From positions 1 through 64,000 of the forward strand of contig CAZFGR010000005.1 in assembly GCA_964518475.1 (NCBI GenBank): DNA of 64,000 bases. The letters are read 5' to 3'. A program made the translations under genes and the position numbers. The stretch comes from an uncultured Nitrososphaerota archaeon (GTDB taxonomy: Archaea > Asgardarchaeota > Njordarchaeia > Njordarchaeales > Njordarchaeaceae). Below the pieces are notes generated by a model, which did not search any database, was not told the origin of the DNA, and was given only the letters and a program-made list of their open reading frames with translations. This document shows positions 47,500 to 57,745 of the stretch, one piece after another (the stretch's first letter is position 1; every line of letters begins with the position of its first letter).

Positions 47500-48531
47500 T
47501 TATCTGAAAAAGAGATCAAGGGATGCTTGCTTAAGCCCTTTTTTATCCCTTTCTAACCTTTTAAGAGCCTCTCTAAGCTCGTTAAGAACTCTTTGTTTAT
47601 TAAAATCGTGTTCCTCGACTAAAAATTCGATGATTCCATCAATATCGGGATCCCTAAATTTTATTTCGTAATTTTTATTGATTGGAGGATTAAGAAATAG
47701 TTCTCTCAACTTCTCTGGTGGAATATCCCACTTCCATATAATCTTGCGATTAGCTATCAAGTTCTCGATATTTTTGTACTTTTTTATTAGTTTAAGCGCT
47801 GTTTTAGGACCTATACCTTCGAATCCTCCTGGATTATAATCAGTACCAAGAATTAATGCTAGATCTATTAATTGCTCTCTCGTTATCCCAGTTTTCGACA
47901 AGAATTTATCTAATTCATACAAAATAGGTCTTTCATATGGATTAATGGTGATTTTGAACTCCATTATTATTCTGGGAGTTCCATATAAGAAAGCGTCCCA
48001 ATCCCTACTAGCAACGGCGTATCCTTCTCCTCGTGCAACGATGTAAGCCGCTTGTGCCTCAGCATCATGAGGAGCATCGATAATGGGAACTCCCATAAGC
48101 TCTAAAAGCTTTCTAGCACTCTTTACCATGTCATCAGTCACTATCATGGCCCTTTTACCCAGCTTCTTTGCCTCTTCATAGCGACCTGCCATAACAGCTT
48201 CGATAAATTTTTTCTGGAACTCGAGTCTCTCTTTTTTACGGGCTTCTAATTCGCTTTTTTTCCAAGGATGAGGAGGGCCATCAAAAACATAAACGGGCTT
48301 AATACCCATTGCTAGTAATCTACAAGTCCTGTTAAATAAACCAACAAGGTGACTAGTAACTCTGCCCTTAGAGTCTACAAGATATAAACCTCTTTTGTCC
48401 CGAATCATGGCTAGCATCTGATAAAGAGTGGGAAGAGCATCAATCACGAGGATTTTCCCTGCAAGGCTATCAGGATCTATTAGCACTCCTATATTAAATT
48501 CTTTCATTAGAGGCCCTAACTTTACTCCCAT
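47500..48531 (-). CDS. fen: Flap endonuclease 1
   Basis: MGV, TSHLVGLFNRT, PVYVFDG, AP.DAEAQAA, S.DWDAFLYG, LGTDYNPGG..GIGPKTAL, C-terminal PIP box QASLDLFF. Confidence 0.97.
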   Translation of the reverse strand: MGVKLGPLMKEFNIGVLIDPDSLAGKILVIDALPTLYQMLAMIRDKRGLYLVDSKGRVTSHLVGLFNRTCRLLAMGIKPVYVFDGPPHPWKKSELEARKKERLEFQKKFIEAVMAGRYEEAKKLGKRAMIVTDDMVKSARKLLELMGVPIIDAPHDAEAQAAYIVARGEGYAVASRDWDAFLYGTPRIIMEFKITINPYERPILYELDKFLSKTGITREQLIDLALILGTDYNPGGFEGIGPKTALKLIKKYKNIENLIANRKIIWKWDIPPEKLRELFLNPPINKNYEIKFRDPDIDGIIEFLVEEHDFNKQRVLNELREALKRLERDKKGLKQASLDLFFR

Positions 48532-48544
48532 GTTCTATCCCCCA

Positions 48545-50071
48545 CTAATATGCACTGCTAGATCCTGTCCGTAACGCTGACAACTTTTTCCTGATAAGCC
48601 TAATCGTTCGATACAAGATTTTTGGGATTTCTAGGAATATGTCGCGTATCTTTTTTCCTAATGACTGTAGAATGAGGTACAACCTATCGAAACCAACAAA
48701 CTTATAGACTGTGATAAGAATAATTGCGGTTCCAAGAGAAGTGAGAAGCAATATTAGGGGGACAAAACCTATTTTTTCAATGATATAACTCATAGAGACT
48801 ATGCCTAGCAAATAAAATGTCGCTACCACAAGATTTGAGAGAGTCCATATGGGCCCTATTTTTATGAAATCTTTAGCTCGGAAAGACTTCCCAGCCTTCC
48901 GTCCAATTCCCATTGCCAGTACTGTGGTGGGTGCGCCATAGGGAAGAAAATTCCCGCCAAGATTCGTTGCTAGAATCATCGTAACCCATAAGATCTCCGC
49001 AAAATTGCTTGCACCAGAAGTCTTTATTAAAGCATTTATGACGGGAATAAAAGCTAGTACGATTGGCACATTATCGATCACACCACTTAATATCCCAACA
49101 AGCCATAGTGTAAGGAGCATTGCGAAAAGCAAATTTCCACCCGTTAATTCTCCCAAGGAATGTCCGAGAGCTTCAAGAAGACCCTCATGTTCCAATCCCC
49201 CTACAATGACAAATAATCCCGAGAAGAAGAGTATTGTTTCCCAATCAACACGCTTTAAGACCTCATCAACCTCTATTCCAGTAATGGCTAGCATGAGGGC
49301 AGCTCCAGTAATAGCTACGAAAGCTATATCCCGGTAGAGTAATAACCCCATAATTACGAGGGAGAAAAGTACCGCGGATCGGTAGAAGACGGATCTATTT
49401 CTGACAAGAGCCCACTCATCGAACTCCAATAATAACATTTTGCGTAATTCATCTGGTTGATCAAGTGTGTACCGAAATTTGCTATAGATAATAACTATGG
49501 AAATTGTAAGGGAAACAATAGAGAAAGGTGCAGCGTATTTAATGAAAACATCTAATCCTAAACCAACGCTTTGCGACAGGATAATGTTTGGAATACTCGA
49601 GAATAAAAGGGTCATTCCTCCAACATCAACTACTATGGCTTCGGCTATTAAATAAGGTACTGGATCGATACGGAGAATACGAGAAATTGCTATAGTCAAT
49701 GTCCCCATAATTATTATCGCAACAATAGCTGTTGCAACGGTTGCTAAGGCATAAGACATCAAACATAGGATTATAAGTAATGGGATGGGTTCTCCTTTTG
49801 ATAATTTAACAGCTTTTATAGCGATGTATTGAAATAATCCAGATTCTCTAGTTACCTCAACAATGATGGAGATTCCTATAATAGCTATTAAAACACGATA
49901 ATCTATGAACTGGAGTATTTCTTCTGGTGATAAACCATGATAAAGAACAAGAAGAGCATGCACTACTATAGCGCCTAACAATGAGATTACAGCTCTATTC
50001 ATTTTTTCAAGAGTAGCTATTATGATGACGGTAGCGAAGATTGCTAGTATTATGATCCCTATGAGACTCAA
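48545..50071 (-). CDS. ArsB/NhaD/CitMHS (ion-transporter superfamily) permease
   Basis: RESGLF, PNII, RVDWETILFF.GLF..VGGLE, SGVIDNVP, LATNLGGN..PYGA. Confidence 0.88.
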   Translation of the reverse strand: MSLIGIIILAIFATVIIIATLEKMNRAVISLLGAIVVHALLVLYHGLSPEEILQFIDYRVLIAIIGISIIVEVTRESGLFQYIAIKAVKLSKGEPIPLLIILCLMSYALATVATAIVAIIIMGTLTIAISRILRIDPVPYLIAEAIVVDVGGMTLLFSSIPNIILSQSVGLGLDVFIKYAAPFSIVSLTISIVIIYSKFRYTLDQPDELRKMLLLEFDEWALVRNRSVFYRSAVLFSLVIMGLLLYRDIAFVAITGAALMLAITGIEVDEVLKRVDWETILFFSGLFVIVGGLEHEGLLEALGHSLGELTGGNLLFAMLLTLWLVGILSGVIDNVPIVLAFIPVINALIKTSGASNFAEILWVTMILATNLGGNFLPYGAPTTVLAMGIGRKAGKSFRAKDFIKIGPIWTLSNLVVATFYLLGIVSMSYIIEKIGFVPLILLLTSLGTAIILITVYKFVGFDRLYLILQSLGKKIRDIFLEIPKILYRTIRLIRKKLSALRTGSSSAY

Positions 50072-50173
50072 AGAAACTCCCTCTGGATACTACATTATCC
50101 TATCTGATTTATTGATTAAAAACCTAGTATGTTAGTGTGGGCTAGCCTCTGGAATCTTTAGGAAACTCCATTA

Positions 50174-50227
50174 TCAGCTGATTAATAATTCATCATCTCG
50201 TTCCTCAGTGGGCACAGACTTCATCAC
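50174..50227 (-). ncRNA. C/D-box sRNA
   Basis: Minus strand reads GTGATGA-agtctgtgccca-CTGA-ggaacgag-ATGATGA-attattaatcag-CTGA. Confidence 0.88.
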
Positions 50228-50362
50228 ATATTTCCATAATTAAGTAACAATGTATCCTATAATCCTTAATATTTCACAATCAGATTCTCAATGCTTGAAA
50301 AATGTTTTTCAATAATCCATAAATCTATTATTATGATACTTCTACTCACATTATCTTAAGAG

Positions 50363-51223
50363 TTGGTTTACATGAGAGAAGTCGAGGAGAAATTATTAGA
50401 ATGGCTTAAAGTGGAGAGAGATCCAAGATTAGAGTTTATCGTAAGAACACTAGTCAGCTCTATGAAATCTGTGTGCGAGAAATGTATGGAAGAGAGAGAT
50501 ATAAACATCTTTGAGCCCCTATGCGAGGAGAGAGGATATCTTAACATCTTAATAGAAGCGGGGGTACCTAAGGAATACTTACCACGTTTCTGTTTTAAAC
50601 GGAGAGGCACAGAAATAACTAGGTTTCTCAGCAAAAAGCCTAATCCCCTACCAGTTAGAGACGCTAATTATTATCTTTCAGATTTTCTAGATCTTTTCTC
50701 GAGAAATCTTAGAAGATATTTCGAGAAAGGGGATTATAACGCTATAATAAATTATTTGAAGCAGAAATTGGAGGAATTTTGGGGAGAAGTATCATTTTTT
50801 AGATTATCGAAAGGGTTTATATGCCTCATTTTAGGAAAATTTGAGTCATTGATTTTGATAGATCCGACGCGCAATATAGTTAGGATAAATGTGGAGAAGA
50901 GTTTCCTATTTACCGCGGACGATTATATTGAATTTCTCGAAAAAGCTCTAAAGCTTGTAAAGATTGAATATAAAGTAATCCAGTTAATAGAAGGAGAGTT
51001 CTTCCTGAGGATTGAGTTGAATAATACGAAGGATCTTCCAGAAGAAACTCTGGAAAAACTAAAGGAGCATGGACTACTTAGTGTGAAAGTCTCTAATGGT
51101 AAAACGCATCTTCTCTTCAAGTTAATAGATCCTATGGATACCGTTCCCCCCTTTGATCTTGCAAATGTTTTAGGAATTCTTAAAATTATGACAAATTTAT
51201 CAGGTGGTAATGAGAATGGATAA
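50363..51223 (+). CDS. Hypothetical protein with a Cys cluster (possible metal site)
   Basis: CEKC..LCEER..RFCF; overlaps the start of the next gene. Confidence 0.65.
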   Translation: MVYMREVEEKLLEWLKVERDPRLEFIVRTLVSSMKSVCEKCMEERDINIFEPLCEERGYLNILIEAGVPKEYLPRFCFKRRGTEITRFLSKKPNPLPVRDANYYLSDFLDLFSRNLRRYFEKGDYNAIINYLKQKLEEFWGEVSFFRLSKGFICLILGKFESLILIDPTRNIVRINVEKSFLFTADDYIEFLEKALKLVKIEYKVIQLIEGEFFLRIELNNTKDLPEETLEKLKEHGLLSVKVSNGKTHLLFKLIDPMDTVPPFDLANVLGILKIMTNLSGGNENG

Positions 51224-54200
51224 GAATCTCAGGGAGATTTATCTATTACTGGCTAAAAAAGGAGCAAAAACAATTAACGAACTCTCTATTCTCACTGGAA
51301 GAAGCATTACCGAGTTAGAACATTATTTAACGACCTTGGAGAAAGATGGTCTTATATTAAGACTTCTAGAACCCACTACGCAATTAATAGCTATTCCGCC
51401 TGCAAATGCTGTGTTATATTATCTAAGCGAAGCTATAAGGCTTATTAGGAATATCAGAGACCGGTTCAACAATGCCCTCTTAGCAACATCTGCCGCTATT
51501 CAGGAAATGGAGACTTCTATTATTGAGAAAATTGATACGCAAGAGAGGGTTATTAAAGAGAGAGTAGATAGAGAGGTTCGAGAAATTAATGTGCAATTAA
51601 AAACGTTCATCGATGCAACAAAAACAAACCTAAAGAAAGTTCTCAACGTTTTTGAAGAGACAAGAACCAATTTAGAGAGAGTTAGAGAACTAGCGGGAGA
51701 ATTTCACGAAAGTTTTACCTCATTATCGACTAGGTTAAAGAAGTTATCCGAAGATATATTAACCACTTACAAAGATACGATGCACTCCATTTTTGTAAAT
51801 TATCTCCAAGATAGTGAATCCGTTATTGGTCCAATTATTGAGAAGGCTAAGGAGTATTTAGAAGGTACAATTTCTCTACTAGACACAACAGCTAAGAGAA
51901 TCAATGATGTTAACGTACTAATTAGTCGCAATACTGACATATTGCTAAGATCGCTTGAGCGTGAGAAAAAGGAGAGTTTTGATAAGTTACATGAAGCGTT
52001 AAGCAAGGCAAGAGCATCTACAATCTCATTTTTAGACAACATCGCAACATCCCTTTACCCATCAATAGAGAAATCTTTGAGCACAACATTTGATGCACTC
52101 ATAGATTCTATCACAAGCTCATTTACTGTGGCCCTCAGCCAGTACGAAACAGCCGCTAAAATCCTTGTTGAGGATATGAGAGAACGTTGGGATAGTATAA
52201 CTACCCTTTTAAGAACTCAAGCAGAATCGTTACTAACCTCTTCCCTTAATGCATTTAATGAATTAGGGAAAGATACTAAAAAAGAGGAGGAGACGTTTTT
52301 CGAGGTTCTAAACAAGATACTAAATACTTTCAATACTAAAGAGAAGAAGCTAAGAAACATAATGGATTCGACTTTTCGAGTACTTATTGAGGAAATTAGA
52401 GGATTAGAGCCTACTCTAATTGAGTACTTCGATAGAGTAAGAAACGAATGGCTTGAATATTACCAAGAGATTCAACTTACTGCAACGAATTATATTTCTC
52501 AACGCTACGATGACTTAAGAATATCAATAAGCAACCTAATCGAGGATCTAAATAATGTCCAAGAGAAACTAGTAGGGGAGATAAAAGAGTATTATGAATC
52601 AAGCGTAAAAGCTAGTTTAGATTCTCTCAAGAAAGCATTAGAAGCAATAAATGAATTAGCCTTGACAGTATCTGAAGATTTTAATAATAGCGTTAAAGCG
52701 GTCTTACCTGAACTTGAAGATAATGTAGCGCGTTCTATAGATGCGACGAATAATGAGTTAAGAACGAAGCTCTTGAACATTTCTCGAAAATTCACGAGTA
52801 TAATAAGCTCAAGCTCTATTAAAGCTGAAAGATTGCATAAAGAGCTTCTCGAGAAAATCCGAGAGTTAAGCAGGGAGGATGCTACTCAACTTGACAACGC
52901 ATTAAAATTCCTAGAATCGCAGGGAATAGAGTTTTCCTCCGAGCAGAAAAAGTATCTAAACAAGATAAAGAGATCCATGATTTACAGAAACAGAGGTATT
53001 ATCTCGTTAGTAAATAAGTTTTTCAACGAGTACAAGCAATCCCTAGCTAGACTGACCGAAGAAATATTGCTCGAAATAAACAAGTTCTCAGCAAGTTTTT
53101 CAGAATATCTAAAAGAACTATCTAAGGACATGCTGTCATCTCTTGAACGAAGTCTATCATTTAGTATTTCTAGAGTTCAAAACAATTACAATCAACAAGT
53201 TGAGCGAATGAAAAATCAAATTAATTCACAACTACAGCTTTTAACTACGATTTCTGAAGAAGCGCTTAAAAGAATTGATTCTGATTTAAAAGACTATATA
53301 AGAAACACAACATCAAATTTAGAAGATCTTCTAGAAAGAGAGAGGGAGTTTCAGAAAGAATTAGTTAGTAATCTATCCAAAGCTGCTGAGGAATTGAATT
53401 CAATAATTACCGAGAGATTGAAAGAGACAAGAAAACAGCTAAGCTCTCTGATTGAAGATTACTTGTTAAAATCTCAAGGAATAACGAAAGGAGAAATCCT
53501 GCGCGAAATCGAAGAACTTAAACAGAGTCTTGAAAAAGAAGTCACGGAGGTCAAAAATAAATTAGGAGATTATTACAAGCAAGTAAACTCGGTTATTGAG
53601 AAAAATATTTTGCGCATAAAAAATGCTCTTGAGAACATAGAGAACGTCCTAAAAGTTGCTGAATCAGAGATAAGTGAGAGCATTAAAAGATTTAATAAAA
53701 CAATATCAGCCAACTATCAAACTATTCGGGAAAATCTCGAGAATCGTAGGACAGATCTTGAGAACTTATTCAATGAGAAGACGAATATACTTAAGGAGAA
53801 ATTGGATAGAAGCTTAGCGGAGCTTAAAGATACTATAGAGAATAGCTTTGACAAGATCTTAGAGGATCAGAAGGCTCTCGTAAATGAGATACTTGAGAAA
53901 ATCAAGCAACCAATAAATTCGCTAAACGATCGAATAGCCAACAGAATTTCAGAGTTAGTGAGTGACATAAATGAAGCTTTAAGAAGCTTAAAAGAGAGAG
54001 AAAGCACATTTCTGCAGGAATGGGAAGAAGCAAAGGAAAGCATAAATCAACAGTTAAGTGAGTTAAGAAAATCTCTTGATGAAAACGTAAAAGCGAAAAT
54101 GGATACAGCTCTTAAAGCCCTTAAGGAACAAATTGAGAAGATGTTTGAAAAATACGATGAAATGGAGAATCTACTAGAAACTACAAATAAGGTACTTGAC

Positions 54201-54869
54201 GAAAACGAAGAACAACTAAATCAACAATTCCTAAACTCTATCACTAATATGGAGAACAAATTAAGCGCCTTAACCAATAATTTAAGAGAAACCTTATACA
54301 AAGACTATAATATATACCGTAATCTGTTGAAGGAGATCATTGAAAAGGGCCTTGATGAGTTCCAAAAATCTTTAAAGACAAAAATTGAGGATTCCCAAGA
54401 GCATTTAAGTGCCCACTTAGAGAAAATAGAGAATGATTTTAACTATGCTAAAGATCTTTCTCAAAGTTTCATACAAATCATTAAAGAGAATGCGAGTAAA
54501 GCACTTATCATAAGAGATAAGGATAGCATTGTCACTAAAATAATTGATATCATAACGAGAGTGAGGGAGAAGATAGCCATAGCATCTCCAGTTCTCACGC
54601 AGCAAATAATCGATGCCGTTAAAAAAGCTAGTGAACGAGCAGTTATCGAGATAATGATCCCCAAAGGTTTAGAATTGCCGGAAGAACTACTAAATGAGAA
54701 CATAATTATTCGCGTAATAGAGAGAGAGTTACCCGTGGCACTAATTCTGCGTGATGACGAGGAAGTGTTGGTGGGATTAATGGATGCGGGAGAGGAATTA
54801 GCGGTACTAACCTTCTCCCAAGCGAGTGTCCAGATGATGAAGCTACTGCTAAGGGCTTATCTAAAATAA
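51210..54869 (+). CDS. Giant TrmB-like protein: wHTH, ~1000-aa helical/coiled-coil region, PLD-like effector domain
   Basis: N-terminal EIYLLLAKKGAKTINELS..L..LEKDGLI..AIPP; C-terminal IIRDKDSI..IIDII....IAIASP...LILRDDEEVLVG. Confidence 0.75.
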   Translation: MRMDKNLREIYLLLAKKGAKTINELSILTGRSITELEHYLTTLEKDGLILRLLEPTTQLIAIPPANAVLYYLSEAIRLIRNIRDRFNNALLATSAAIQEMETSIIEKIDTQERVIKERVDREVREINVQLKTFIDATKTNLKKVLNVFEETRTNLERVRELAGEFHESFTSLSTRLKKLSEDILTTYKDTMHSIFVNYLQDSESVIGPIIEKAKEYLEGTISLLDTTAKRINDVNVLISRNTDILLRSLEREKKESFDKLHEALSKARASTISFLDNIATSLYPSIEKSLSTTFDALIDSITSSFTVALSQYETAAKILVEDMRERWDSITTLLRTQAESLLTSSLNAFNELGKDTKKEEETFFEVLNKILNTFNTKEKKLRNIMDSTFRVLIEEIRGLEPTLIEYFDRVRNEWLEYYQEIQLTATNYISQRYDDLRISISNLIEDLNNVQEKLVGEIKEYYESSVKASLDSLKKALEAINELALTVSEDFNNSVKAVLPELEDNVARSIDATNNELRTKLLNISRKFTSIISSSSIKAERLHKELLEKIRELSREDATQLDNALKFLESQGIEFSSEQKKYLNKIKRSMIYRNRGIISLVNKFFNEYKQSLARLTEEILLEINKFSASFSEYLKELSKDMLSSLERSLSFSISRVQNNYNQQVERMKNQINSQLQLLTTISEEALKRIDSDLKDYIRNTTSNLEDLLEREREFQKELVSNLSKAAEELNSIITERLKETRKQLSSLIEDYLLKSQGITKGEILREIEELKQSLEKEVTEVKNKLGDYYKQVNSVIEKNILRIKNALENIENVLKVAESEISESIKRFNKTISANYQTIRENLENRRTDLENLFNEKTNILKEKLDRSLAELKDTIENSFDKILEDQKALVNEILEKIKQPINSLNDRIANRISELVSDINEALRSLKERESTFLQEWEEAKESINQQLSELRKSLDENVKAKMDTALKALKEQIEKMFEKYDEMENLLETTNKVLDENEEQLNQQFLNSITNMENKLSALTNNLRETLYKDYNIYRNLLKEIIEKGLDEFQKSLKTKIEDSQEHLSAHLEKIENDFNYAKDLSQSFIQIIKENASKALIIRDKDSIVTKIIDIITRVREKIAIASPVLTQQIIDAVKKASERAVIEIMIPKGLELPEELLNENIIIRVIERELPVALILRDDEEVLVGLMDAGEELAVLTFSQASVQMMKLLLRAYLK

Positions 54870-54915
54870 AGGCTCTGATAAATTTACCGAATCACAATTG
54901 ATAAAATATGGAAAA

Positions 54916-56217
54916 TTATATGAACCAAGGAGCAAATTTTTCTAGTTCTTCCCCATCTATACTCAACTTCATATGACCAAATTGGATACTGGTAACAGCG
55001 TCTAAACGTGCTCTAGTAAATACTAATAACTTTTTCTCTCTTGGGTTAAAATCAAGAATGATCCCTAGACCCAAGAATTTCCCAGCGCGATCGTGTAGAG
55101 AGATTAATAAATTTCTAACATTGTCAGGGGTTACTGCGAAAATCTCTCTCTTATTAAGTCGTCTCTTTAATTCTTCAAGCACCTTAGGAGCTGGTTTATT
55201 CTCAGTTATTATCAGAATAGAATCCCAAGATTCCTCAATGTAAATGTCTTGAATATCTCCCAGAAGCTCCATAAGAAGATTTAAAGTCTCCTCTGTAGGG
55301 CTTCTTCCAGTACCTAAAAAGCCATAAGAAACATTGACATCATTTAGATCAATTACTACCTCTCTAGCATCTGTGAATTCTTTTAGGTACATCATTTTTC
55401 TAAGTTCTCTCCGTTCTTCCCAATTCCTAACCCTCAATCTAGGGGCTGCTGGAACTTTATATATTTCTCCGCTATACCCTATCAGTGATTTTTCGAGATA
55501 AGAGAGTTCTCCCGCATCTTTTTCAATAAACACAATAAGATCTGGTTGGACGACACTTATTTTTCCGATCTTTAATTCCCGGCCCCATCGATCACCTACC
55601 CACCCCGTAGTATCTATAAGGATTACGTCTACCCCAAGCTCCTTCGCTCTCTGAACCATCCTATAAGTTCCGATAATTGACCTATTAAGCACACCTGCAG
55701 GCGTGACAGAGCCAACGAAAAAAGCGTCTTGTAGGGGTATCTCTGAAAGATGGATTATAGGTTTCTCAACAAGTCCTAAACCAATGGTAGTTGGCGGACC
55801 AATATCGCTCTGGCCTACATCAGCGTCTATAACAGCTACTTTCTTCCCTGACTTGAGCAAATAATTGGCTAGAAAAGTAAGCAGACCAGTCTTGCCTGTG
55901 TCTACGTTCCCTATAGTCATAACGGTATATCCATTGCCCCTATTAAGTAGTTTTTCTCCTAGTTCTCGCCACTCCCTCGGAATAAGACTCTCCTTGCTCT
56001 CCGCTATATAGCCATCTTCAAAATCAATATTTAATAACGCATTTTCTAACACACGAACAGGCGCTGATCGATACTTAGGCACACTAATTACTGATCCCGT
56101 CTTATAATCAGCGCCGAATATCTCTATTGAACCATTGAGTACCTCGATAGTTACCTCACCGACCACAAATAACCATGAATCCTTTGCACATTCAATTTTC
56201 ACCCTAAAACACCCCAA
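54916..56217 (-). CDS. Clp1/Grc3(Nol9)-family polynucleotide 5'-OH kinase
   Basis: GNVDTGKT, IDADVGQSDIGPPTTI, FFVGSVTP, IDTTGWV, R..RR lid, FLGLG. Confidence 0.92.
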   Translation of the reverse strand: MGCFRVKIECAKDSWLFVVGEVTIEVLNGSIEIFGADYKTGSVISVPKYRSAPVRVLENALLNIDFEDGYIAESKESLIPREWRELGEKLLNRGNGYTVMTIGNVDTGKTGLLTFLANYLLKSGKKVAVIDADVGQSDIGPPTTIGLGLVEKPIIHLSEIPLQDAFFVGSVTPAGVLNRSIIGTYRMVQRAKELGVDVILIDTTGWVGDRWGRELKIGKISVVQPDLIVFIEKDAGELSYLEKSLIGYSGEIYKVPAAPRLRVRNWEERRELRKMMYLKEFTDAREVVIDLNDVNVSYGFLGTGRSPTEETLNLLMELLGDIQDIYIEESWDSILIITENKPAPKVLEELKRRLNKREIFAVTPDNVRNLLISLHDRAGKFLGLGIILDFNPREKKLLVFTRARLDAVTSIQFGHMKLSIDGEELEKFAPWFI

Positions 56218-56422
56218 AAATACTCTATCAAGCTAAGAAAAATAATCATATGGATTTACTAATGGATTAACCGATCTTTCTTTAAGAGTGTTTTTTAGCA
56301 CTAACTGGAGATTCAGAATACTGAACGATGTGATCAAGAATTATTCTCTAGTTTCGGAGGAAAAAATACTTGGTAAGAAATAAAAACATTCTCAAATAAC
56401 AAAAATAAATAAAATTTAGAAC

Positions 56423-57697
56423 TTACTCATACTGAATTCTACGTGCTATTCCTAAGTCAAAGTATTTATCGATTTTGAGTATGATCCAGAACAAGAAGGT
56501 TCCAAAGAAAATCTCAAGTATGCCCGTCAGGAAGTATCTCATCGCAGCTACTTGCCATGCTGGTATTTCATACTGTCCAGAAGCACCAAATATTGTAAAC
56601 TCTGCGGTAAGACCAGAGGAGACATAGCCCCATCCTGGCCATGCCACTCCTACTATTGTTGCACCGAATAACGCGGTCTGTAAAGCAGCTATTAACGCGA
56701 AGAATACTCCGCTAATGAAGGAGAATATGAATATTTTACGGGGGTTCATTTGGAAAGCGTAAGCTGCGACTATTCCCGCTAATAAGCCAAAGATATCCAT
56801 TATTGGTATGAAGATGCTTACTCTCACGGGTGCTTTAAGTTGAACCCCAGTTAGCCACCAGATAAAGTTAAAGAACAGTTTCTCATTGTCCTTATATTGA
56901 ATATAGGCGGAACCGAGACCAGAGAGTGGACGGTCACTAAACATTCTTGAGCTTCCACATACGATAATTTTGCCTTTTCCAGTATCTATTGCGACGAGCC
57001 AGGGAAGAGAACCCCTCGCGTGGGGATTACCATTGGCATCCGCAGCATAAGATGTTGGTGGAGTCGTAGCTACAATAATTTTCGGATCTTTCACAATTAG
57101 TGATGCGCTAGTTGTAACGATTTCTTCGATCCCAACACTTATAATGTGGGGCTTAAAATAGTCGGCTGTAACAACTACTTGCCAGGGTCTTCCAGCAACA
57201 TTGGATGTATCATCATATAACTCATCACCATTATTATTGCTTCCCCAGAATATAACCTTGTCTACTACACCAAGAGAGGCTAGTAGATTATTCAAATAAT
57301 CTGGTTTTCCATAGGTGCTGCCATAGTACGCCACATCTCCCAAGATTATTACTCCTTTCCCCGCATCAACGAATTGTTTAATAAGATCCAGCTCCTCAGA
57401 ACTAAAGTCTTGGGTTCCAGGATTAGGAATCACTAGGACATCGAATTGTAAGAGCTCTTCTAAGCTAGGTAGAGCTTCGCTTGCATTATATTTCTCCACA
57501 ACAACTCCTTGACGGATCAAATCACTTATGAGGGTACTATACAGAGCGGTTGAGTAGTATTGACCAGCACTCTCTCTGAAGATGATTTTTATCTCCGTTT
57601 CTTGGGATCTTAGAACAGTTTGTGATGGTGCTATAAAGACGCTTAGAAGTAGGAGAAATGCCATAGCGATGAATAATTTCCTCAAAAACATCACCAA
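56423..57697 (-). CDS. Secreted GldG/IFT52 (GIFT, DUF4350)-like domain fused to a C-terminal multi-TM region
   Basis: Signal peptide; IIFRESAGQYY, FDVLVIPNP, FS.EELDLIKQFVDAGKGVIILG, GKGKIIVCGSSRMFSD, NEKLFFNFIWWL; 3-4 TM helices. Confidence 0.75.
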   Translation of the reverse strand: MVMFLRKLFIAMAFLLLLSVFIAPSQTVLRSQETEIKIIFRESAGQYYSTALYSTLISDLIRQGVVVEKYNASEALPSLEELLQFDVLVIPNPGTQDFSSEELDLIKQFVDAGKGVIILGDVAYYGSTYGKPDYLNNLLASLGVVDKVIFWGSNNNGDELYDDTSNVAGRPWQVVVTADYFKPHIISVGIEEIVTTSASLIVKDPKIIVATTPPTSYAADANGNPHARGSLPWLVAIDTGKGKIIVCGSSRMFSDRPLSGLGSAYIQYKDNEKLFFNFIWWLTGVQLKAPVRVSIFIPIMDIFGLLAGIVAAYAFQMNPRKIFIFSFISGVFFALIAALQTALFGATIVGVAWPGWGYVSSGLTAEFTIFGASGQYEIPAWQVAAMRYFLTGILEIFFGTFLFWIILKIDKYFDLGIARRIQYE

Positions 57698-57745
57698 TAA
57701 GTTATATTGCTAAGAAAAAAATAGAGAAAAAGAAGAATTAATAAG

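Noticed and set aside
51210-54869. Coiled-coil protein as SMC or chemoreceptor
   Set aside because: No Walker motifs, hinge, TM segments or MCP hairpin signature.
1-56217. RtcB + Clp1 as a linked RNA-repair system
   Set aside because: They are ~54 kb apart and both are common archaeal housekeeping genes.
56300-56352. Possible hairpin RNA (AACTGGAG...CTCTAGTT with an inner TTCAG/CTGAA stem)
   Set aside because: Short imperfect stems in AT-rich DNA; no recognisable RNA family.
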